Assembly: GCA_036172245.1 (NCBI GenBank)
Contig: JAYWIR010000013.1
Span: forward strand, 2,604,001-2,668,000
Origin: Raillietiella orientalis
Taxonomy: Eukaryota
Direction of reading: 5' to 3'
DNA: 64,000 bases
The notes under the pieces were generated by a model. That model was not told where the DNA came from. It saw only the letters and a list, made by a program, of their open reading frames with translations, and did not search any database. Positions within the stretch are counted from its first letter, which is position 1. Each line of letters begins with the position of its first letter. This document shows positions 1 through 12,400 of the stretch, one piece after another. Made by a program: the position numbers and the translations under genes.

Positions 1-33
1 TCTCCCCTCTGCTTAAGGGAGAAACGCCCTGAC

Positions 34-224
34 CGTCCGGGGGTGATCTGACATGCAGACATTGAGAGAAGAGCAACGCGTACTCATCGATTCGATGTTG
101 TCGGCCAACTCGCTGTTGAACCGAAGGCCACGCAGAGTCACCGCAGCATCCGCAACTCCGGACTTGCGAACGGAAGTGGAAACCTCGGATTTCACTGGTT
201 GGCCATCGGCTGTTCCGTGCTTTG
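34..224 (-). CDS. Candidate non-Cys exon after the array (AKHGTADGQPVKSEV...)
   Basis: Phase-1 CAG acceptor and open frame; weak GTCAGG donor. Confidence 0.3.
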
Positions 225-353
225 CTGATGCCCGCAGAAGGAGCGAATCAAGCGGCGAGAAGAGCGATGGAACGTGGAATTTCCTTTCCACGGACGCTCC
301 AGTCGTGGTGGCTCCTTTTGCCTTGCTCCGCTCTTTCCCTCCCGCGGCCTTAC

Positions 354-470
354 CGCAAGTTCCCGTCTTGTTGTGGCACTTCAGCCATCCCAGGCACTGG
401 ATGTTTTTTGAACACGGACACCCTTCGGCCAGTAGCCCGGACAAGGACACTGTGACTTTGAAGCAGAACT
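354..470 (-). CDS. Cys-rich exon FCFKVTVSLSGLLAEGCPCSKNIQCLGWLKCHNKTGTC
   Basis: ttccag acceptor, GTAAG donor, 117 nt, phase 1-1. Confidence 0.8.
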
Positions 471-3400
471 CTGGAACATCACGTGATGCGATGGTGAGCA
501 TCCTTCCCGGAACTCGGATCCCAGAGGGCGGTCGTCGATCGATCGCCCTGCGCATTGTACCTGCACAACTCAAGCCTTTGGCGGACTCGCTGGGGACGCA
601 TTTTCGGGAGAAGCACTCGTCGGATGTGGTGCAGGGACAACCGCTCGGCCGCCACTTGCGCTTCGAACACCCGTCATCTGGAACGAGGAAGCGGTCGCTC
701 GACCTCCCGTGTTCGTGGTGAGGAAGCGAACGCAATGCAAGGCGTGGCGGCAGCGTGAGCGTGAAGCTCTCCCGGAGGCATTCGCGGCGAGATGCAGGCA
801 GCAGCCAAGATTTCTCAGGTGGCACCCCAAGTCTCCCTCTCTCTTCCTTACAGGTCGTGAAGCCACGCCCGACCCACTGCGGGTGCGGGATGCATGGAGT
901 CGAAAGATACTTCCCAAAAGCAGTCGGCGAAAGCACACTGAAGCGATCCCGTCCTCCGTACCTGTGCAGTGGCGTCTCCTGCAGTGGTGTTTGCAGTGTG
1001 CATTCGAAGAACACGGGCAGCCAGGAAGTCGTGGTGCGACGGCGCAGTCCACTAAAATGGAGGGCGTGAACAAGTGTGCGGGACTCCCATGAGGACTGGA
1101 AGACCACTCCATTCTTTCAGGGCAGAAAGACGGGCGTGATCCGCCTATTCCTTCCATGCGAGGAAAGGGGTGGAAATTCCGTACCGCAAATCTTCTTCAG
1201 CAATTTCCTCCCGCATACGTTGTGTACGCAATCCTGGGGGTACTTGCACTTGCAAAAGGGAGCCTTGGGGAAGACATCGCACTTTGGATCTGCAACATCG
1301 TTTTCGAGTCAGGCGGGCGGGCAGCACACATAAAGTGACGCATCTTTGGAACTCGACACGGATGAATCGGAACCGGAAACCCTCCCGAGGAGAGTCTGAG
1401 CGCGACAAGGATTCATTTATCAGACGAAAGGAACTGATTGGTGCAGCGGAGCAGTCTGTCTCTACCCAGCCCTCTGTGCACACTTCGTGCACGCGTGCAC
1501 CACTACGGCCGGGGTCGTGCTACTCACAGCATGTTCCGTATACGGACTTCGTTTCCCGTTTCACACAGGAGCCGGAATCGCACTCCGCGTTGGATACGCA
1601 GGAGCAGCCATGCTTTTTTTTTTTTGAACACTTGTCTGCAAGAAAAAGAAAGGAAAGGGGAAGAGGGGGAGGAGTGCACCATTGCGGATTATTCGTGCAA
1701 CTCCCTTCCGTGCTCGGCACGCACCTGCATCGCCGCAACCCAGAAACCCCGTTTTCTTGTCCCTAACGCAGACGTTGAAGCACTCCTCAGGCGTGGAACA
1801 CGCGCACCCGTCTGGATAAGGAGGAGCGCAACCTGGAGAGTTGTCATGAGCCAGCCCGCGTGAGCAGCAGCAGTCCCCACCGCATGCTTTGCCGCTGCAG
1901 TACTTCTCCTCGCATTCGCCGGGCTGCGCGCAGGGGCATCCCGGAGGCTTTATGTTCTGCTCGCAGACCCCTGCACAGGACGAGATTGCGGGTTTGGAGA
2001 CAGCGCGAGGGCGAGGATCCGCGCGCGCACGCAAGCGTTCCGAACTGAGAACAACCTCCGTCGCAGAAGTGTCCTCTCGTGTGGATGATGCAAACAGGGC
2101 AATCAGGATTGCAAGGGCAACCTCCGCCTCCGGGACACGCTGGAAGCAACCCGTTTATTCCGAGAGAACAGAAAGGCCCACAGAGTACCAGTGCATTTCT
2201 TGAGGTCATCCACGACTGCCAGGCAATCGTACTTCCCGCAGCTCTTCCGACTGTCGCAGGGGCAGCCCTCCTTGTCTCCAGGAGAGCACTTGTCCTCGAA
2301 GGCTGCTAGCGCCCTTCCCGGAAAGGCACATCGCGAAGAACGAACTTTTCTCACCACATGTCTTCTCCACGCACAAGGAATTCAGGCAGTGGCTGTGATG
2401 TCCGCATGGACACGTAGGGAGTTTCGTCGCCATCGCCGCGCACGTAGCTATCAGGAAAAGCAAGCAGGGATGCAAAGATCCAATGGCGGCGTACTGACCA
2501 GCGCCCAAGGCGCAGATGCCGCCGACGCATTGCAAGCTCAGGCAGGAATCCGAGCTGCTGCAAGGGCAGAAGGCAGTGAAAGGTTGTTTCTTGCAGTTCC
2601 CTGCAAACGAGAGTTTCAGCTCCAGAGGCGTTTCACCCCACAAGGAGCGGGAAGCCCAATGGGTGGGAAGGCCGACAGTCGCGCGACTGCCTCGCAGAGC
2701 AGCAAGCTGCATCCCGACCATCCAAGGAAGGCGGGAAGAACAAACGGGGAATCTCCAGCTTCTTACCGCAGCGGCTGACCCCTTTCACGGAGACACAGTC
2801 ATAATTGCACGGCTTGTCTTTGTCGCATGGGCACCCGGGAGCTCCCGTGAACTTGCACAGCGTGTCTAAAAAGGGGAATGCTTCAAGCTTGGTGGATCGC
2901 TGCTTCAGGCACCGACTCCACTCTCGGCGCGTGTCCAATGCGTCCGGGCTGGAGGAGGTGCCTCAGGGTGGCGAGGGAACTGGAGCGAAGCGAATGCTCC
3001 AGGAAGGCTGCTGGTTTCTCGCCTCCGCCGCAAGCGACCGCAAATGGGCATCTTGCCCTCCCCTTACCTTCTTCACACTTGAGCTCGTTCAGATTGCATA
3101 CTCCTTTACACTGAAGAGAGTTACTGCAGGGGCAGCCAGGGGCGAAAGCAGGTTTGCAGCTTTCTGAATCTCAAGTAAAGGGGGGTGCGGAGGAGGAGGA
3201 AGTGTAGGTGAACTCACGGCAATAGCATCTGCTGCACACACTTCCGGCTTTGCAATCCCCATCGACCTTGCAAACGCATGATGCCTTGCCGCAGATTTTG
3301 GAAGCCGTGGCTGGAGGGGCAATTATCTCACGGAAAAGCAAAGGAAGGAAAGGAGGGAAAGAGACTTTCTTGCGCTCCCAGCTTCGCGCGGGCGCTACGC

Positions 3401-6400
3401 TGGAAGTGCCGGACAGCAAAGAGTTAGTGTGCCCGGCATGGTCACGTGGAGCGCATGGAACGAATCCGCACCGAATGGTGACCCTTCGGTGTCAGGATCC
3501 GACTTGGGCCTCCGCTGCACTGCTGGAGCAAGGAGCAGTTGCCTGTGCCTCTACACAGAGGGCGCGAACGAGCAAGAGGAGGAAGAGAAACTGGAGGAAC
3601 CGCAAGATTTGCAATTTCGAGTTCGCCACGGCAGCTCAGGAAAGGCGGCATCTTCCCGAAACCCCAAGCACTTACCACATTTGCCCTTGAAGCACACACC
3701 ACAAGCGCACTGGGAATGATCCGTGCACTCGCACTCCGGGGGGAATGGAGGGTTCGCAGGGCACACCATACGACCTAGGACGTTACATCCTTACCAACCA
3801 GCTGACATGTTCAGGACATCTTTCAACACAGTCTCATGCGCGATCGTATAAGGGAAACAAACCCCGACGGTGCGTTTATGTCGGCTCAGGGGCTCGTTCG
3901 CACGTCTCCCTAATCATCGTCCGCAATCGCCTCTGATTGAACTCTTGATTGAGATGCGCGCGCACGCTCTATGCTCCTTGCTTGCGGGCTGCGATGGCGA
4001 AAAGCGGCCACTGCCCATCCGCTCTCGCCAATAGCCAGAGAAGTTGCTGACTCGGCGAGTCGGCTCGAGGCCAGTGGACTTGACCTCATCGCTGACCTCA
4101 GAAAAAGCGGATTGGACTTGCGCGCGCAAAAACCTGTCGGAATGGAATGAAGGCGCTGGACGACCTCGAGATGGAGCAACGAGAGCGCAAGGGACTGAAT
4201 GGAACCACGGACGTGCAAAACAAGAGGACTCACTGCATATTCCTTCCACGCATCTCAAGGATTTGTCGCAGTCTTCGTGCTTCTCGCACTGGCAGTACTC
4301 GTTGCGGTTCTCTCCGCTGCAGAGGGCTGCAAGAAGGCAACTTTTTCCCCACCTCCATCACGAAGGGTTGATGGGATGCCACGCGAGTGGGGAAACTCCA
4401 CGGGCGACCCGGCAAGATGGAGGGATGGTGGTGACCTACCGCAGACTTCGTCCACGCACGTTCCGCTTGCACACTCGAAGCTGGAGCTGCAAGGGCAGTG
4501 GGGCAAGAGCGGTTCCTTCTCAGCGCAAGCTGCATCTTTGCGGGAGAAGCCAGCAAGTTGGCTCGTATTCGTCCCTGACGCCCACTTACCACAAACCCCG
4601 CCGTAGGCGCCGTAGAATCTGCAGATGAGTTTCCCCGAGCAGCTTGAAGGGACGGAACACGGGCACTTGGCTGGTGCTGGGTACACACACTTTGCTGGAT
4701 GAGAAAGCCGCCTGTTTTGTGTTTGGGAGCAGTGGGAAGGTACCGCAAGAGCATTTGGCCGCACACCACTTGGGATGAGGACAGAGGCATGTTTTCCCCG
4801 TGGATTTGCACGCAGCAGACGGGACTGGTAAAGAGAGCACACAACATCACAACTCGTACGGGAGGCAACAAGCGAGTTCCGTCTACGACACTGCAAAGTG
4901 TTGAGGAGGGGGTGCCGAAAGGGCGTGCCTGGAGAGGGTTCCAGGTTTACTGAGAGCGGAGGTTCCACTCATGCCGGGTGCTGCCGACTCGCAGGCAGGA
5001 GCGCGACGAGCTCCCCTTTCCCCCAGGAGCCAAGAGTCAATCGGAACGGGAAGCACTCTGGATGCGGACTCGAACCACGGCGAGTCTGCGGCAAGGAAAT
5101 GATGGCCGCGTGGGGAATCGGGACGCAGATGCGAGACAAAAAACGGTCGATGCGCGTCGCATGAGGCGAGCTGGGAGCGACCCTCTTGCAGCTGCGAGTT
5201 CAAGTATGGCCGGATCCACATCTGCAAGGCAAACTACGGTCTGTAGCAGAGTCAAGGGCGGGCAAGGAAGGCCACAGTGACCTCATTCGACCTTTTTTTC
5301 TTCCTTTTGAGGGAGGGGAGAGACCTTTTCTACCAGGCAAGCCCAGGATTTGCTTGCAACGTAACAGCGGACCTCGAAGCAGATTGCAGCTCAGGGGTAC
5401 TCACCGCATATTCCTTTCGTACCAGTCCTTACGCAGGAGTAACCCGGGGGACAGGCGCCACCTGCTGCCAGCCGCTTTCCGGCGGTGCAGTAGCCAACTA
5501 GAAGATACAGAGGCATGTTGTTCTGCCCGCACCAATTAGCACGCAGGCGTTCTTTAGGGATGAAGACGCACGCCCGGGCGCACTTCGCGAGGCACGGAAG
5601 TGAGGCACGGAAGCGAGGCGCCTGAGACGCAGAGTGACAGGTGTCGGGAGGTTGCTGAAACCGAGCTCTTCCAGGACGGGAACCGTGAGAGACCCTCATT
5701 AGCGAGCTTCCTAGAAGCGGCCCTAGGTCACCCAAAGGAACCCACCGCTCGATCCGCTGCGGGGAGAGACTCCGTCCGCGAGTGCGCAACCCGCGCCTCC
5801 CCGGCTGACCGACCCATTCGAAGGCACAAGTAGCTGCGGCTGCCGATTCCTTTGCAACGCTAGAGAGGAGGAAAGGGTGGGGGTGAAGGTGGTGGTCGCT
5901 TCTCGAGCGCATCTTCGCGTGGAAGAAGCAAGGCCAGCCGGATTAGGAAAGCAAACACCTTACTGCATGTTGACGTCACTTCGTCACATCTTCCCTCGCA
6001 GTCATCAGGAGCAGCACACGCGCAGTTGGTCGTTCCTATCTCTTTCATGCAGGGAGCTACCAAGAGGAGAACATCAGTTGAAAAATCTTGCAGCGAAAAA
6101 TCGGATGGCAAATTGGCTAGAGGTGGATGATTTGCTGAGCAGCAGCAGTGGCACTCGATGCTTCGCGTATGCCTGCCAGCCTCCGGACGGCAGCGACCAT
6201 CACATATTGCGATCCAGGGGGAGCCATTCAGGGGTTCCCATTAAAGCCGGCCTCCCATGTCGACGACGCCTAATCTCAGTTTCCGCATTCGCGACTCTTA
6301 CATACAGCATCCTCCATGACAACACGTGCCGTGCCTCACTGTGAGGATGGCGGAACCAGTCCATGGGATTCCTCGTTCCAAGTCTTGGAGGCCCCTTGAG

Positions 6401-9400
6401 TAACGATAACCAGCAGACCATCATGGAAGGTCTCAGGGATGTCTGCGACACAGGCTCCAAAAGCATCAAGTGCGTGACCAGTGCTATCCTAGGTGGGTCC
6501 CTAAAGCGGATCCCAGACGACGACGGGCTCGATGCTGTCAAACGTGCACATCCAGCAGTGGAAGTCGGTGCAGAGGGTTTGTGGATTCACGAGCATTGGC
6601 GTAGGAAGCACAGGCACGAAACGCCTTCGTAGCCCCGTGACACGGGCCTACCGAAACGGCTGCGTTGCAGCTCATGGTTCGCGAGGTCGGTGATTGGATC
6701 GCAATGCCTCCTTCGACCCAGGTCAGGGGCGCCATTTCCGGAAATGGCGGCGTGCTCGGCGGTTTCCGAACACGCGCACGTTCTCTTCCCGGGAAACCCT
6801 CAACGCCCGTTGCATCCATTTTGTTGAAGCGTTCTGAGCGGAGTTCCTCACGAGTTTGCAATGGGTTGTCGGGATAAGGGGCCGCTACCTTACGGTGAAG
6901 AACAAGGAGTCGACACTTACCGCAGTATCCAGCGTGACACACTCCGCTGGCGCACGTCGCAGGCAATGAACACTGGCATAGAGATAGAAGGGGAGGTTTC
7001 TGGCAGTCTGGAACTGAGAAACAGCAATTCTTGGGATGTCTCCTCTGGACCACCCTTCGACCGTTGCATAACCGCGACCACAAGCACCGCCTTGCAAGTC
7101 TTCCGCAGCCCGGGAGGCTTGCAAGGGAGCGATCACAAGTGGCTGAAGAGCAGAGTCATGAGGCGCTTACCACAAGCTCCGTGTGTGCACACGAGGAGTC
7201 TGCCGCATTCGGAGGATGCTTTGCAGGGACATCCCCTGTATTTTCTGAATTTGGAGCACCAAGCTGAAAGGTGTTGTCATTATCACACTTGAGATGCAAC
7301 TCCAAGGCACACATGGGATTTTGGTCTTTTGTTTTTATCCGTTCCTTGGATACACGAAGAAGGAGTGCCCCGTTTCTCATGCGAAACGAAATATATCGGA
7401 GGGCGGGAAGGCACAGAAGCGAAGGAGCAGAGTACCTAGGGACGGCCTTCCAGTGCGTGCTTAGCGATTGCTTCTTCGGTTGTTGACCACTCCATGGTTC
7501 ATCATGCATGCGAACTCATCTGAGGCGGCGGAGAAGGGCACACTTCGGGAGAGTGCTCTGGGCACTGACCTCAAGATGACTTACGCGATGAGCCACGCCC
7601 GAGTGCAGCTGAAGGATGGAAGCGAAAGGAACGATCGCAGCGATTCGCGCACAGGACCACCGATCCTCGAGGGATGCCCAAGGCTGTAATTCAGCTTTTC
7701 GTGCTGAGAAAGGAAGGAAGCTGGAGGCTGGGAACGTGCACCACTTCCTCGCTCCCTTCCCTGCATCAGAGCGAATGAAGGAAAGGGATGCGCACGTTGC
7801 AATCCAGCGTGATGGAGTGGACAACCCAGCAAGCACCCTCGTCCCAGAGGTTCTTTTATTTCCCCCCCTCCACCCTCTGTGATGCGGACACCGGGACCAC
7901 ATCACTGGAAGGCACCCTCCCCGCCATGGCACGATGGGTGGCGAAATGACGGGCAGAAGGACCTTCCGAGTGAACCCATCTTCGGAAGCCGAGCCGAGGA
8001 CTTCCGCTGCATTATTCGCCTGCGCGTGGTGAACGGAAGCACCCTTTCGTTGCTGCGTTGGCGCGTCCGCCCGCATTCCCGTGCAAGTGACCGGGCAATC
8101 TTGACGTGGTTGTGGCTTTCTGCCGTGCCTTCCGAGACACAGTGACGCTCTTCGAGCGGCATCGCGAAACTGAAGTGAGGGGGGAAAGGAAGGGAATCTC
8201 TCCCAGGGGAACTCCGTCCACCCATCCCGGAGCGTTCCGGCACTCTCATTCTGTGGGACGGGCAGTGTCCGTTGCCGAGACTACGCTGAGAGCCACGAAG
8301 GAGATCGGTGGGGATCCATCGCGTTGGCAGGCGACTCGGGACACAAGAGACTCCTCCCACTCCTGCCCCCGCGCGAGAAGTGGAAGGAAGGGAGGCACTC
8401 GGACGGACCTTTCCCATCAGAATTCGGGAGCGTCGGAAAGGGACCGGGCACTTCCTGGCGTTTTCGCCCCCTTCCCCATACTGACCGCATGTGCCTGCTT
8501 CGCACTTTGCATTCAGGCAGTCGTCATCCGAGGAGCAGTTGCATCCAGGAGATTTGAGCAATCCGCTGCAGTCTGGAACTGCAAAAAAAAAAAGCAGAAG
8601 CATGAGATGAAGCTGATGTCTCCGCCGAAATCCCTTCCGGAATCCCCACAGAGCAAAACCCAACACCGAAAAGGGAAAAAGAGGGCATCTTTTCTTTCTT
8701 TCTTTTTTCTTTCCTTTTTTTTTTTTTTTTTCTCCGAGACCGGAGCAGGAATTTCACCTTCTTTCCGGTCTTTGCATCCCGGGGAGGACGCTATGACGAC
8801 GGGCATCCAGGATGCCTGTCGAGGTTGCATACAGGAGGGAGGGGGTGAAAAAGAGCGTTGACCCGCAAGGAAAGAAGAGAGAGGCATACCGCAGAGTTGC
8901 GTTTCCTCATCGCAGGTGAACGGGCGGCTGCAGTCCTCAGGCAGGAAGCAGTCACAGTAGACCTCACGGCCCCTCCCCATGCAAGTAGCTGAAATGCCAA
9001 GAATTCCTTGGACTCCTTTCGGAGTTTGCCGGAGCAGCGCTCCGGCTGGCGAGATTCCGTGAAAGACTCAGTCGGAGGGAGGGAAGGAATTGACAATCGC
9101 TCCGTCGAAGATATCGACAGATTGCTAGAGGGAAAGCAATGGGTGGAGAAACGGAACGCTTACTGCATTTCCCATTCTTGCACATGTGGGAGGAGCAGTC
9201 TTTCGGACCGGAGCAGGGGCAGGAAGGCGCAGAATGCCATCGAATGGAGGGGCATTTTCCCGGAGCATACACTGCAAAGACATAGAGGTTTTCATCACAC
9301 AGAAACGCGCGTCCCCTTCTCTCAGCACGGGACGATGCTGAGAGACCACTGAGAGAGCTGCATCACGTTGGAAGCGAGTCTGTGGCTATTCTCCCGGAAT

Positions 9401-12400
9401 ATGCAATAGAGACCCAGGTTTCCATCTTTCAGCATCTCTGGGGTTCTGTTGTCAACTCCGTAATGACTCACCGCGGCCAGAACCTTCACAAATGGAGTCT
9501 TGCAGCCTGCGGTCCCTAGGCAGATGACTTCAAGAGACCGGAAACAAGTGCTCGCTCTAGAGTAGGGAGAAGGAAGATTCCTCCGTCTTTCTCTTCAAAG
9601 ATCTGCTTCGTGCATGGCGACATGCATCGCTGGCGGGAATCATGCGGATGCGCTTTTGGCGGCCTTATCTTTTCATATGGCAGCGGTCGCATGTTTCGCA
9701 TCAGCGCATCACCAGGAAAACGCGCCACTCTATTGCCATGTTTCACTTGCACGAAATGGAACCAGACAACAGTTATGGTGAAGACTTTTAAATATCCATG
9801 CATATTTCGTGGAAAGGCAGGAGTTGCGCGTGCGCTTCTTCACTTTGACACCTGGGAGAAGAGCTCTTTTCCTTTGGATGGGGAGGTGCCTGACGATCGC
9901 AGCCGCATGGTCGAACCTTTCCCGCATAGAAACCGCCTTCAAAAGGGCGATCTCGAATCTGGATATTGAGTCTGCAATCGCGGATAAAACTTTGTAATTC
10001 AGTGTCTTGAGATTCCGTGAATGCTACTTGAAAGTCCTTTTCCACTGTTGCATCTATGCATTGGTAAGCCTGACGTCTGGCTGAAGGTAATCGAAGGATT
10101 CGCAAACAAGGTGAGGAAAGAATTTGTCGGAAAGCATTTGCACCCTGAAAGCTGTCAAACTTTAAGCATCTGCTGAGATATCAGCGATCCTCGGTTCACC
10201 TAGACGGGATTCCAGAATTTTCTTTCCGGAAGCGGCTTTGCGTTCTTCGACAACCGAAGTTTTCCAAGCCACTGAGTTTCGAGGCAAGAAGGTTGTTTTT
10301 CAGAGGGCGGAATCAAGGTATGGGGAAGTCAGTTCAGAGACCCCGTCTGATAATCCCTGCGGCACTGCTTGTCTGCCCTCCGGCACTGAACACGTCACTT
10401 CACGTTCATTTGAATTTGGAAAACAACACTTGCATTCTTCGTTCAGCAATGTCACGTTTGTAAGCACCGCTAAAGAGCAAGAAATCTGGGGGCTACAGAT
10501 TTCGGTACGCAAATGCATCTCTCCTCCCATAGCATCAAAGGAGCAAAGAGATGCTCCTTTCTTAGCAAGGAGCTTAGCAAGGAGCAACATTGTCTCCCGT
10601 GTCTTCATGTTCGTGCTTGTTAACCATTCAATGTAACGCTCGTCTGTTGATATGCAAGAGGAGTACGAAGCCGTTCAATTTACAGCAACAACGAACACCA
10701 TGGATCTTATACGTGATGACCGCGTTTTCCAAAAGTCATTTCTTCACAAAACGGCAGCCCAGTATCTGCCGGAAGTGTAATTCTTTCCCGTGCAGTTGAG
10801 GGAATCACTTGCGTCTAAACGAGGTGTGTGAAACGCATGCGCGAGGCTGCAGTCAAGTGAGCGATCGTGACCTGCGTGACTGGTTGTGCCCATGTGCATC
10901 TTCGCTTTGCTTCGAATGCTTTTCTGCAAGTCGGTACTTACTGCACAATTTGGCCTTGCATTCCAATCCTGTGATACATTTTCGTCCATTGCAGGGACAG
11001 TACACCACCCCCAACGTTTTTTCACAGTACGGTCGTGTTTCTAAGATGAGAACACTCTGCTATAGTTTGCAAATCGGGAGACAGCCTTCGAGTTTGCTCC
11101 CTTTGCATCGAAAGGGCTTTCAAGAATTTGACAAATTTTGGTAGCACCATGCGTCTGCTAGCACTTTTTATTGCGGAATCGACTGCACTCTTAACTACGC
11201 TCGAAAGCACCCCTCCCGCAAAGAAGCACTATGAACTGATTGCTGCAATGTGGGTAAGCATTTTTACGAACCACAGAATCCTGCAGTACACGTCAAGTGG
11301 TTTTCACAGTCCATGCTAGACAGACAAGGGCAGTCTTCGAGACCAATGAATCTGCTGCAAGTCTCTGCAAAGAATGATTAGTGAAATTGGCCACGATTCC
11401 GTTTCCGGATGTGATGATTCCGCTGCTTTGTTCTGCGGGTATCTTCGAGCGATCGAGATATTGGATTTCATGTTGGATTTAGGAACAAAGCTAGAGGAAC
11501 CGAGTTTTCAGGTGAAACTCCTTTTGTTTAGGAATGGTGCATATTGTTCAAGTATTCTTCGCTGTAGCGAATATGTACCAGCGTTCATAGGGACGCTGCC
11601 GAAAGTTCCGTTTCGTGAAAGATCAGGATACATGAAAAGTAGTGGCTCTCGATGAGCTCAAAACTAAAACAGCAGCAGCAGCTTGTTTCCGCTCACGAGG
11701 CGGCTTACCTCCGTCGTCCAGCACGAATCTCTCAAAAGAGCACACGTATACTACGTGGGCTTCTTGTCTGCGTGGGAACCGAACATTGGAATCAGTGTTA
11801 GGGGTGCTTGGCTATCGTGGTGAAGACCGTTCACATTTATCTTACCGCACAATCCGTGTTTGCAGGTTAGACTTTCGCATTCCTTGTTGTCTTTGCATCT
11901 GCAACCAAAAGGCTTGATCTTCTCGCTGCAATTGGGAACTGAAACAAGCAAGTCACAGAGCTGCTAGTTGACGGAAGTGTTCACCCCATGCTTGTTCACG
12001 AAAACCAGCGCAGAGTGAGGACCACTCGAAAATGGCCAAGTACGCTCGTAGCGCCATTTTTGAAAAGGGACGAATGTATGGAATGGAAAGCCGAGAAGGA
12101 ACGCACACGCCGAAGCCTTTCGATGGCTTCAAGGAAACGAGTGACTCCCTAATGAACCATTCCGTGCTGGCAATTCACGCGTCTTGCATGGAAAAAAGGA
12201 ATTCTTCCCATTCCCGTTCGCTGAGCCTTTTCGGGAGCGCAGGAAAGACAACGGAGAACCTAAAAAAGAGACAGTCGGCTACCTTTTTCGGTCTTTGCTC
12301 TCTTAGAGACGGATGTGTCTGAGACATACGATGGAGTCCACCTTGGTATTCTCGACTCGATCGCTAATTTTAGCTTTTTGCAACTACTTCTTGCGAATTC

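Noticed and set aside
13..1107. 364-aa ORF and similar long ORFs across 1-9 kb
   Set aside because: Read-through of in-frame introns between short Cys exons; only the exon parts look protein-like.
3795..3880. GTAAG donor 20 nt upstream of the 3774 acceptor
   Set aside because: The phase-1 frame contains stops and no Cys module; the intron would be implausibly short.
6200..6632. Intronic ORFs resembling a retroelement C-terminus
   Set aside because: Only a vague Trp-rich composition with no diagnostic motif.
9472..9556. Possible degenerate Cys exon (similar cases near 19386-19507 and 19673-19770)
   Set aside because: Splice phases are inconsistent or stops intervene; could be decayed modules but not supportable.
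5589..10585. Tiny tandem duplications (13 bp at about 5589, 12 bp at 10561) and microsatellites near 18960 and 39828
   Set aside because: Ordinary slippage products; no spacer structure, so not CRISPR-like.
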